Counted from the first letter of the stretch, positions 8,894 to 17,197 are shown. The stretch: 32,000 nucleotides of DNA from Nitrosopumilus sp. (GCF_965223225.1 NZ_CBDCVU010000004.1:570378-602377), one strand, 5' to 3'. Made by a program: numbers and translations. The notes: generated by a model not told the origin, from the sequence alone.

Positions 8894-9295
8894 ATGTACC
8901 ATATTACTTTAGTCTTCCAAGACGAAATTCTAAGAAAACATGGAATACTAGACGGGATTTACAGATACCTCAGGCTAATTAAATACAAGAGAACAGTAGA
9001 CATTGAATCATTTACCTACAAGGACAACAAGTTCTTCTTTGAGGACATTTACAGTGGGGATAGCAACCTCTTTGAGGATACTGTTCACAACCAAAGAGAA
9101 ATTGATGCTAAATACTATTTTCAGGAAAACAACCATCCAGTTGTATTTGTCAATACCTCAAATCATGCACTTGCACCACACGATAACAATCATGATTTGT
9201 GGAAATGGGAGTATGTTCCATGGAGCGATAAAATCCCAATAAAACTTGGAAACAAGACAAGAGACGAAGCCGACAAAGAATATCAGGCAAAGTAA
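8894..9295 (+). CDS. Hypothetical protein
   Basis: The ORF track starts at GTG 8870. The first ATG is 8894 (MYHITLVFQDE...). No motif recognised. Confidence 0.55.
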   Translation: MYHITLVFQDEILRKHGILDGIYRYLRLIKYKRTVDIESFTYKDNKFFFEDIYSGDSNLFEDTVHNQREIDAKYYFQENNHPVVFVNTSNHALAPHDNNHDLWKWEYVPWSDKIPIKLGNKTRDEADKEYQAK

Positions 9296-9461
9296 CTTCT
9301 AAAAATAATTTTTTTAATTTCTTTATCTTCCATTTCTATATTTCTTACATCTCAAATTCTTACATCGTGCTCTAATCAATTTATTTATCTCGTTTTGGAT
9401 AGAAATTGAATTCACCTATCCCAAAAAAATTAAACGATTGTATTGTACTTATCCTATCAAC

Positions 9462-9944
9462 ATGATTTTTTTTGTTGATGCAATGCTTGGTAATATTGCT
9501 AGAAAATTACGCTTACTTGGGTTTGACTCTGAGTATTTCCCTGATATTGAGGATTCCAAATTAATTGAAAAAGCACAAACTGAATGCCGGACAATAATAT
9601 CTAGAGACTATTCTCTTATTCAAAGAGCAAAAAAGAAAGGAATTCCAACAATCTATGTTTCCAAAGAAGATGAATTTGAACAGTTTTTGGAAATTTTTAA
9701 GAACACAGGGTTAAATATAAAAAAAATTTCAGGTGACACAGCTAGATGCACAAAATGCAATGCAGAGACATTCAGAGTTGACAAATCGGAAAGCAAAACT
9801 CAAATCCCACATTTGGTTTTAGAACAAAATGATTTCTTTTGGCAATGCGAAAAATGTCCTAAAATCTACTGGGAAGGGACACATATCAAAAATCTACAAA
9901 AATTTGTTGACACGCTAAAACAAACTTATGAACTCAACAGATAG
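9462..9944 (+). CDS. Mut7-C / DUF82 PIN-like ribonuclease with C-terminal zinc ribbon
   Basis: The N-terminus FFVDAMLGNIARKLRLLGFDSEY is the Mut7-C signature. The C-terminus has CTKCN...CEKCPKIYWEGTH. ATG at 9462 is preferred over the in-frame TTG at 9438. Confidence 0.85.
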   Translation: MIFFVDAMLGNIARKLRLLGFDSEYFPDIEDSKLIEKAQTECRTIISRDYSLIQRAKKKGIPTIYVSKEDEFEQFLEIFKNTGLNIKKISGDTARCTKCNAETFRVDKSESKTQIPHLVLEQNDFFWQCEKCPKIYWEGTHIKNLQKFVDTLKQTYELNR

Positions 9945-10310
9945 CATCCTTTCTAAAAGCAGTTCATAAATTAGCAATAACACAAATGCAATTTGTCATT
10001 TTCATTCAGGATAAAACACAATGACATCTTTTCACCATATGTATTTCCAATAAATAAAAATTACAAAAACTTCAAGCCTGTGAAAGCAGAGCCTTCTTCA
10101 GGATTCTTGAAGGATGCTAGTCCATACATGAATCATATATTTATCCATATTGTAAAATCACAGAAAAACCAATCTTAGCAAAGATTGAAAATAAGAGAGA
10201 CTTGGTTTTCTAAAATTATCTGTCCGTTCTGTTCAACATCTTGTTTGGAAATAAATCCTCAACAACACTGCCAAGTCATTGGTTATGTGCCGATTATTTT
10301 TGTACCTGAA

Positions 10311-10598
10311 TCATGTGTATTTCTCATAAAGCTGGTTGAGCATAGAGTTGATCTTCTCATTTTCATGGTTTCCCCATGAATCTGATTTTATTCTGATGTG
10401 GATGTTGCTCTTCTCTAATCTCTCGGTAATTTTTGGATAGATCATTCCAATGAAAAAAGACTTTTTGTCAAGGCCTATCTGTTCGGCCTTATGCTGAAAG
10501 TAACTTACCCATTCTGATTCCACATCTTGAAAGGTATCTAAAATTATTGATTGAATCTTTTCTTCAATCTCGGGATTCATGATTCTATCAAATGTCAA
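10311..10598 (-). CDS. Hypothetical protein
   Basis: 95-aa ORF with a TTG start at 10598 and an alternative ATG at 10580 (MNPEIEEK...). Same strand as the two ORFs upstream of it. Confidence 0.5.
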   Translation of the reverse strand: MTFDRIMNPEIEEKIQSIILDTFQDVESEWVSYFQHKAEQIGLDKKSFFIGMIYPKITERLEKSNIHIRIKSDSWGNHENEKINSMLNQLYEKYT

Positions 10599-10629
10599 AT
10601 GAACTTAAGCATGTTGATTATCTTGGAAT

Positions 10630-10755
10630 CTAGTCTTCAGATTCCTCGTATTCCTCATCGCTTTCATATCCTTCTTTTAATTCGAGTTGATGATCCTGCT
10701 CTTTCATCTCTTCTTGTTCAAGTTTTTTCCATTCTTTTTCCTTGTCTTCAGACAT
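10630..10755 (-). CDS. 41-aa hyperacidic peptide (below the ORF-track cutoff)
   Basis: Hand translation gives MSEDKEKEWKKLEQEEMKEQDHQLELKEGYESDEEYEESED*. ATG at 10755, TAG at 10630-10632. 19 of 41 residues are D/E. It sits between two co-oriented ORFs. Confidence 0.35.
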   Translation of the reverse strand: MSEDKEKEWKKLEQEEMKEQDHQLELKEGYESDEEYEESED

Positions 10756-10833
10756 GAATCACAAAGTGTATTTTTGGAATATTAAGAAGTCCTTGATTTT
10801 CATTTTTGAAATTTGACACTTGAGATTGGATTG

Positions 10834-11268
10834 TTAATCTTTGTTCTCAACTGCATGTCTTTCTAATGTGCCAATACACTCCTCAAGTAGATTGTTCTCT
10901 GATATTGCTTGCGTCTCTTGAAAATTGAATTCTTGATTTAATTGTAAGTCGTATTCTTTTAAATCGTTTCTGTATGTTTTGCACGCAGAGCGCATAAGAC
11001 GCCAGTAATAATATCCCTTGTTCATCTCTGCACTCACTTCTTGTGATTCTGAATTCAGAATCCTGGAGAGTTTCTCATAGTCTTCTTTGTAGTTGTCAAA
11101 CTTTTCCCTTACAATTGCGGGCAGTTCTGTATGCCAATCTCGTCCTTCAATTGTTTTTTCAACATTGTTGAGTTTTTGCAATTGGTATGAAACAGAATCT
11201 CTTAGAATATCCAAACTATCGTTTGTCTCAAGAAGATGTAAAAGTTCTGGGTTTATCATGAACCTCAT
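10834..11268 (-). CDS. Hypothetical protein, apparently all-helical
   Basis: 144-aa ORF with ATG start. No motif recognised. Confidence 0.55.
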   Translation of the reverse strand: MRFMINPELLHLLETNDSLDILRDSVSYQLQKLNNVEKTIEGRDWHTELPAIVREKFDNYKEDYEKLSRILNSESQEVSAEMNKGYYYWRLMRSACKTYRNDLKEYDLQLNQEFNFQETQAISENNLLEECIGTLERHAVENKD

Positions 11269-11403
11269 CTAAAACATGCAAACTTAAGCATATTGATGTT
11301 TATCAAATCTATGACCAATAATCATTCTTGATTGTGATGATGATTAAGGCAAAATTTTCTATGATACATTCAGAAGAGGTATTGTCTTTTTCTTTCTCTG
11401 AAA

Positions 11404-12027
11404 TTATGCCTTTAGATGGTCTATCAGGTCATCAGTTGAGGTAACCCAAAGTTGTTCTGGAAATCTACTAAATATTCCCATTGCATGCTTTTGACCTTGT
11501 TTTTTACTGCTTGCACATGCATCTGTCACCACTACAACATAATAACCCAAATGGATGGCATCCAATACACTTGAGAGAACACAATAATCAGTTTCAATAC
11601 CTGTGAAAATCAGGATTTTTGCAGATTTTTTCTTAATTTTAGAATGAAAACTACCTGCCAAAAATACCGATGCAGATTTTTCCCTACTTACAACAATTGA
11701 ATCTGAAATGTATGACATAAAACTGTCAATTATGCCCAAGGGTTCAGTACCCAATCTACCTGGAGTGATATCTTCGTTAATTCTATAGTATGTGTACCAG
11801 GAATCCTTTTCACCCTTCCAATTGATAGGAGGCGTAAAGCGAGTAAAAACCACGTTTTTCGTTCCAAAAGTTCTAATCAATTTTTCTATATTTGGAACTA
11901 TTGAGAGCAATTTTTTGTTAGCCCAAGGAGATTTTTTTTCAGTCACAAACAGTTTTTGCATGTCTACGACCACCAGAGTTGTTTTTGAACTGATCTTTAC
12001 CTCTTCATACCATTCCGGCACCGTCAT
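11404..12027 (-). CDS. Isochorismatase-family cysteine hydrolase
   Basis: Contains TLVVVDMQKLF near the N-terminus and IFTGIETDYCVLSSVLDAIHLGYYVVVVTDACAS, which holds the catalytic Cys context. Confidence 0.85.
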   Translation of the reverse strand: MTVPEWYEEVKISSKTTLVVVDMQKLFVTEKKSPWANKKLLSIVPNIEKLIRTFGTKNVVFTRFTPPINWKGEKDSWYTYYRINEDITPGRLGTEPLGIIDSFMSYISDSIVVSREKSASVFLAGSFHSKIKKKSAKILIFTGIETDYCVLSSVLDAIHLGYYVVVVTDACASSKKQGQKHAMGIFSRFPEQLWVTSTDDLIDHLKA

Positions 12028-12186
12028 GACATCTTCTTAAGAGATTTGAATTTGAATTTTTATCTTAATTTTCCATGAATTATTATCATGACAGTGAATA
12101 TCTTAGGCATCAAAAAATCTTTCATAAAAAGAGAATCTACTAATTCGTTGTAGATTTGCTATGGCAAAAACAATATGAAGATTAAA

Positions 12187-12297
12187 TCATGGAATTGGGT
12201 TGTCTATGAATCCATTTGCAATCAATGCCGTCAATACAACAGGTATGCTGGTTCCTACTAAAATTCCAGTCAAAACTAAAAGATCTCTTTTTTCCAT
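12187..12297 (-). CDS. Possible 36-aa single-TM peptide
   Basis: Hand translation gives MEKRDLLVLTGILVGTSIPVVLTALIANGFIDNPIP*. Only the hydrophobic core supports it. Confidence 0.25.
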   Translation of the reverse strand: MEKRDLLVLTGILVGTSIPVVLTALIANGFIDNPIP

Positions 12298-12417
12298 TGA
12301 ATATGAAAAATTAATTCTCTTGTCAGTTTAATGCTTTCTCTTTTTTTACAGGCTAAAAACAGGAAATTTCCTATCTAACATCTGAAAATCCCATGAATAT
12401 TTTAATCCTACAGAAAG

Positions 12418-13578
12418 TTAGATGTTTGTCCTAAGATTGATTAATTGAATTTTTTTCTTTCGATTAATCACAACAATGCCTATTGGAAATCCAAGGTACA
12501 TGACTGCATTAAGCAGAATTAAGCTAATGCCATATCCTAAGACCTCCATCTCAGAATCTATTTCCACATGATTTAGAATTGAAAGTGATGTGATCATTGG
12601 AGTAATTGTAATCTTTACCATTTCTTTGAAGATTGGATTTTCTCGTTCATAGTCTGCAATAATAGGACTGAACAAATAGTAAAAACCATTAAATGAATTC
12701 ATAAATGCAGTACCTGATTCTGTCTGCAGCAAAGAATTGTCTCTAATCTCTCTTAGTTTTTGAACTTCTGGGGCAAGTTCAGAACCAAATGTGGCAGTAG
12801 CAATCAGACATCCCCCGCCTTCTCCTTGACCAGATCCGTCATCAGATTGCATGGCAGAAACACAATTGTCGCTAATGAGCATCTCCCCAAAGGACTCTTC
12901 AGTCGAACCTTGAGAAACAACTTCATTGTTTTGAATTACTACTAGACTTAGGTATCCATCCTCAGTTAGTTTTTGAAATTTTGCTCCAAAAACGGCCTCA
13001 CGACTAAACGATGAATCACAGGTAAAAATAACACTGTCATCTTTGTTTCCATTTTTTTCAGTAAATGGAAAACTTGTAGACTGAAATGCACCCGTCCATT
13101 GAGTATCCGAGAATATCAGTAATTTTGCCTGATTGCCAGGGATTTTAGTTTTTAATTCTTTATTGATTGTGTTCTGAATTTGGTTTTCAATTCCTTGCTG
13201 TGATTTGTCTTGACCAAAAAGATGAGTTCCGGTAATGACTATCTCTGAATCAGATCTGCTAAAAGGAATGGTGATAGTTCTGTCTTTTTCTGTTTTTACC
13301 TCATCAAAGAAGTTGAGACCTAAACCATTTATCAAAATACTAAATTCTGTGTCTTCAGAATTGACTTTTGCATCAATCAAATTTCGTGGTAATGTGATAA
13401 CCAGTTCTCCTTTGGTACGTGTGTCTATCAAAATTATCAAAGAATTATCTTCATCATTAATGTCAACACCTGTAACTTCTCCCCCTCGAATATCATAGTC
13501 TAGTCCAGAGGTTTGTCCAAAGACAGGTGAGACAAAAATCAATCCTAGTGTTAAAATTATCATAATCAAAATTCTCAA
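12418..13578 (-). CDS. Secreted or surface protein with a Cys-containing CLIATA...LRxxRD module and a C-terminal TM anchor
   Basis: Signal peptide (TTG start) is MRILIMIILTLGLIFVSPVFGQ. A Gly-rich linker GSGQGEGGG is followed by CLIATATFGSELAPEVQKLREIRDNSLL...FYYLFSPIIADYERENP. The final TM is GYGISLILLNAVMYLGFPIGIVVI, then NRKKK. Confidence 0.8.
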   Translation of the reverse strand: MRILIMIILTLGLIFVSPVFGQTSGLDYDIRGGEVTGVDINDEDNSLIILIDTRTKGELVITLPRNLIDAKVNSEDTEFSILINGLGLNFFDEVKTEKDRTITIPFSRSDSEIVITGTHLFGQDKSQQGIENQIQNTINKELKTKIPGNQAKLLIFSDTQWTGAFQSTSFPFTEKNGNKDDSVIFTCDSSFSREAVFGAKFQKLTEDGYLSLVVIQNNEVVSQGSTEESFGEMLISDNCVSAMQSDDGSGQGEGGGCLIATATFGSELAPEVQKLREIRDNSLLQTESGTAFMNSFNGFYYLFSPIIADYERENPIFKEMVKITITPMITSLSILNHVEIDSEMEVLGYGISLILLNAVMYLGFPIGIVVINRKKKIQLINLRTNI

Positions 13579-13791
13579 TAAAATAAAAACAAAACGGGAT
13601 CAAATAAACCCAATCTTTGTTTAGTCTATGAATTGGGATGATGCTTTTTTGGTATCAGAACTAATTACATCAAACACTTCATCCAATCTTACTTTTGTAG
13701 TTGTATGTTCGAATTTGAAGGCAAATACTGTTTATGACTAATTAGTATTCTGAAATATTTAATAAAACCAAATTTTACCCAATTATTGTAC

Positions 13792-14190
13792 ATGGATTAT
13801 GATAGTCTTAATACTGACATCCTGAGATTAAATTCAAAGATCAGGTATTCTGGTGTATATTATGCAGGACGTGTTCAGCTATACGAAAAGGTGCAAAAAG
13901 GAGTTACCAGACTTTTTAACAAAGAACAGACACAAGATACTTTCATCCACGCATATATGAGGTGGAAAAGCAGACAACATGCCTCTGATATAATAGGTCA
14001 GCCTGTTTACACAACGACAAAGTATGGAAAAATCAATCGTCTTACAATTCCATGCTCATCTCAGTCTCTTCTTATGGTCAATACAGAGCCTGAATTGGAG
14101 CCTCATGAAATTGTGGATGACATCATAGAACTCATCAAACAATACTCAGATGATCCAAACTATACTCCTAAACAAGTATACTTGGGATAG
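13792..14190 (+). CDS. Hypothetical protein, paralogue of 30681-31073
   Basis: ATG at 13792 (in-frame TTG at 13786). Shares KIRYSGV...KGVT...TIP...LLMV...VDDIIELI with the other copy. The fold is not identified from sequence. Confidence 0.65.
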   Translation: MDYDSLNTDILRLNSKIRYSGVYYAGRVQLYEKVQKGVTRLFNKEQTQDTFIHAYMRWKSRQHASDIIGQPVYTTTKYGKINRLTIPCSSQSLLMVNTEPELEPHEIVDDIIELIKQYSDDPNYTPKQVYLG

Positions 14191-14303
14191 AGTTTTCCCT
14201 ATCTAGTCTGTAATCTTTTTTCAATCTTTCTTGATTTGAACTAGTGCTAATCTTCAGAATATTCAGACAGCTTGATTAAATAATAAAATATACTACTTTC
14301 ATC

Positions 14304-15200
14304 ATGACCCAAATCAAGGAACCCAATCAAAGAAGTATTTCAGATATTGTTACTGCAAAAACTACTGTTGAAGGAGATGGGTTTACTGTTCACAGGCCAT
14401 TTCCAAATTATGATGTAAGAGATTTTGATCCTTTCTTGTTGTTAGATGAGATGGGACCGATAATTTTAGAAAAAGGAGAAGCAAAAGGTGCTTCTGCGCA
14501 TCCTCATCGTGGATTTGAAACTGTAACGTATGTGGTAGATGGTTCTTTTGAGCATAGAGACTCTCAAGGACATTCAGGTAACCTTGATTCAGGTGATGTT
14601 CAATGGATGACTGCAGGATGTGGAATTGTTCACTCTGAAATGCCAGAAAAAGAATTTGCTCAAAAAGGAGGAAGATTACACGGATTCCAACTTTGGGTGA
14701 ATCTGCCAAAAAAGGACAAGATGATGAATCCACGTTACCAAGAGATTCCATCTAAAAAGATTCCAATTGCCCAAAGCAATGACGGCAAAGTCCGAGTCAA
14801 AGTTATTGCTGGCCAGTCAATGGGCAAAAAGGCGGTAATTGACACTAAAACCCCAATAATGTACCTTCACTTTTTCTTGCAACCAGGAGCTCAAATAACA
14901 CAAGAGATTCCAAATAATTTTAACGCATTTGCTTACATTGCACAAGGACAGGGTTTGTTTGGTGCTGAACAAAAACTTGCAAAAAAAGAACAAGCCGTAT
15001 TTTTTAAAAACGATGGCAATAAGATATTTTTCTCCAATCCTAGTAATGCAACAGAATCTCTAGAACTTCTTTTGTTGGGTGGAACTCCGATTGGAGAGCC
15101 AGTAAAACGATCCGGACCATTTGTGATGAATACTGAAGAAGAACTAGAGCAAGCAATCAAGGATTTTCAAAGTGGAGCAATGGGAAAAATTGAAAACTAG
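14304..15200 (+). CDS. Pirin-family bicupin protein
   Basis: Metal-binding cupin motifs HPHRGFETVTYVVDGSFEHRDSQGH and QWMTAGCGIVHSEMP, plus GFQLWVNLP. Confidence 0.93.
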   Translation: MTQIKEPNQRSISDIVTAKTTVEGDGFTVHRPFPNYDVRDFDPFLLLDEMGPIILEKGEAKGASAHPHRGFETVTYVVDGSFEHRDSQGHSGNLDSGDVQWMTAGCGIVHSEMPEKEFAQKGGRLHGFQLWVNLPKKDKMMNPRYQEIPSKKIPIAQSNDGKVRVKVIAGQSMGKKAVIDTKTPIMYLHFFLQPGAQITQEIPNNFNAFAYIAQGQGLFGAEQKLAKKEQAVFFKNDGNKIFFSNPSNATESLELLLLGGTPIGEPVKRSGPFVMNTEEELEQAIKDFQSGAMGKIEN

Positions 15201-15254
15201 AATTTCAATATGGCTTTAGGAAAAATCTAAAAAAAAGCACTCATTTGACAAATC

Positions 15255-15833
15255 ATGGAAGACAACACTCAAGAATCTGAATCCTTTGATGACACATATG
15301 AAAAAACTCCCGAATTGTTTGGGCATCCATATAGGGAGTTACAAGATTATTTTTCACACTACAAATCCAGAGGCAGTCTTCTTGATCTAGGATGCGGTCA
15401 GGGACGAGATTCATTATTTTTCTCATCAATAGGCTACAAAGTTACCTCAGTTGACAGCTCTGCAGTTGGAATAAAACAATTAATTCAAAAAGCTGAATCT
15501 CAAGGATTACATATTGATGGAATTGTAGGTGATATTCAGAATCTGGAATTACAAAAAAAATTTGATGTTGTTTTGTTTGACATGATTCTTCATGGATTTG
15601 AAGAAAAGATACAACTTGATATGCTTGAAAAATATTCTAGTCTGTTAAACAATAAGGGAATTTTGTGCATCGTTTATCCTGATGATTTTAAGGTAGATCA
15701 TTTTATGAACATGCTCAGGTCTTTTGAAACCAAGTGGGAATTATTAGATGAGATGACAATTCATGACATTCCAGTAGTTGGCGATGAAGTCATTGATTAC
15801 AAGTTCAAAATGTTGGTTGTACAACTTTCATGA
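15255..15833 (+). CDS. Class I SAM-dependent methyltransferase (TehB-like size)
   Basis: Motif I is LLDLGCGQGRDSLFF. The acidic post-I residue is in VTSVDSS, and motif II-III in FDVVLFDMILH. Confidence 0.85.
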   Translation: MEDNTQESESFDDTYEKTPELFGHPYRELQDYFSHYKSRGSLLDLGCGQGRDSLFFSSIGYKVTSVDSSAVGIKQLIQKAESQGLHIDGIVGDIQNLELQKKFDVVLFDMILHGFEEKIQLDMLEKYSSLLNNKGILCIVYPDDFKVDHFMNMLRSFETKWELLDEMTIHDIPVVGDEVIDYKFKMLVVQLS

Positions 15834-15969
15834 ATTTTACTATTAAAAACAATATCTGATGCGTAATTCTTTTTGTTACTATTTTACAACTTGATTACGA
15901 TGAAAGTCTTTTTATGCTAAAGATTTCTACTCATAGGATGTTTCAAAACAATATAGGTAGATTCTGAAT

Positions 15970-16473
15970 ATGGCACGAGCATATGTTGTTATGAACTGCA
16001 AGATAGGTTCGGAAACAGGCATAATTGAATCTCTAAAGCAAGTAAAAGGAGTTAAGGAAGTACATGGAATTCTTGGCCTCTATGATCTAATTGCCCAAAT
16101 AGAATTAGAATCAGAAGATGCAATTAGAGACACCGTTACAAACACAATAAGAAAGATTCCAAATATTCATTCAACCATGACTCTTACAAGGTCTGAATCA
16201 GAAGGATTGTTCCAAGATTCAGAAGGTGGAGATTCAGGCAATACTTCTAAGGCATATCTTGTGATTCACTGTAACAAGGGTGATGAGTTTTCCACATTAA
16301 AGGATCTTTGTAACATACCTGAGGTCAAAGATGCAGATGTTGTTTTTGGTCTGTATGACGTGATTTGCAAGATTGAATCCTCCTCAGAAGACTCTCTACA
16401 AGATACCATTCTCAAGCAAGTAAGAAAATTACCAAAAATAAAGTCATGCATGACACTAAACATAGTAAACTAG
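15970..16473 (+). CDS. Tandem Lrp/AsnC-type ligand-binding (RAM) domain protein lacking an HTH
   Basis: Two homologous ~75-aa halves. First half: AYVVMNCKIGSE...VKEVHGILGLYDLIAQIELESEDAIRDTV...IPNIHSTMTLT. Second half: AYLVIHCNKGDE...VKDADVVFGLYDVICKIESSSEDSLQDTI...LPKIKSCMTLN. Confidence 0.8.
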   Translation: MARAYVVMNCKIGSETGIIESLKQVKGVKEVHGILGLYDLIAQIELESEDAIRDTVTNTIRKIPNIHSTMTLTRSESEGLFQDSEGGDSGNTSKAYLVIHCNKGDEFSTLKDLCNIPEVKDADVVFGLYDVICKIESSSEDSLQDTILKQVRKLPKIKSCMTLNIVN

Positions 16474-16547
16474 CATACATGAAGATTTTTTTAATCAAAT
16501 TTTTTAGAATAAGAAGAGGCTAGAATCCTTTATTCTAAGAGTAGATT

Positions 16548-16730
16548 CTAGAATTTTGTTAATTTGCATTCCTTGCCTTCTGCCCTGCACTCAGAACAAT
16601 ACAACAAAGGAATTCTTGCCTCACCAATTTTTTTAAAATTCAAATGGGAATCCATTACATGACCGCATTCAGAATTTTGGCATTTTGTGGTTCTGTTATC
16701 ATATAGCACCTGAATCGAAGATTCACTCAT
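16548..16730 (-). CDS. Small zinc-ribbon-like Cys-rich protein
   Basis: 60 aa with CQNSEC...CSEC...C spacing and an ATG start. Confidence 0.5.
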   Translation of the reverse strand: MSESSIQVLYDNRTTKCQNSECGHVMDSHLNFKKIGEARIPLLYCSECRAEGKECKLTKF

Positions 16731-16841
16731 GAATTCTCTAGTCTTCTGTTAGTTAAATTATTATCTATTTTTTTGATAAAACCAAAATATGTTGCATCAT
16801 AAAAACAGAAAACCTATACTTGCTCGGAATCATTCAACAAC

Positions 16842-17197
16842 ATGATTGTAAAGACCATGAAATGTTTTAACTGCAAAACAGAAGTTCTTGAGAAATTTAC
16901 GAATGAAGGTTTTCAGAATATCTTAAAAAAATAAAAAAAGTTCAGAAACAAGATGTTGAATTTGGTTGGATATGCAAGAATTGTGGTGACAAACTATGTG
17001 TAATGTGCAGAAAAGATGTTGTTAGTAAATTTATTCCAACACAAAAAGAAGGAAAAATATTTGCAAAGATACCTGCTTGTCAGAATTGCTTTCACAAATT
17101 TACAAGTCATCTAAAAGATCCTGAAGAGATCAAACCAGAATTGCTAGAGCCATTACATAATCTGAATCATGAAGAATGGCAAGAATTTATAGAATAA
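16842..17197 (+). CDS. Four-CxxC zinc-finger protein interrupted at an A7-T-A7 tract; needs a -1 shift to be read through (~118 aa)
   Basis: Frame 0 (16842-16934) reads MIVKTMKCFNCKTEVLEKFTNEGFQNILKK*. The -1 frame is open from 16907 and reads ...IKKVQKQDVEFGWICKNCGDKLCVMCRKD... to 17197. The track's ATG at 17003 is the Met inside the CVMC knuckle. No ATG, GTG or TTG lies upstream in that frame. Confidence 0.55.

Noticed and set aside
9993-10379. Two TTG-start plus-strand ORFs (61 and 64 aa) in the gap after the Mut7-C gene
   Set aside because: Both start at TTG, have AT-driven composition (Ile/Phe/Asn/Lys) and carry no motif. The second overlaps the 3' end of the minus-strand ORF 10311-10598. 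I treat the region as non-coding; see the hairpin finding.
12760-13498. Two plus-strand ORFs (61 and 87 aa) inside the secreted-protein gene
   Set aside because: They are antisense to a CDS with a signal peptide and the conserved CLIATA module. No motifs support them.
13628-13741. 37-aa plus-strand ORF (MNWDDAFLVSELITSNTSS...) in the gap upstream of 13792
   Set aside because: There is no motif, hydrophobic core or Cys pattern, and it overlaps the likely promoter of the downstream gene. Evidence is insufficient.
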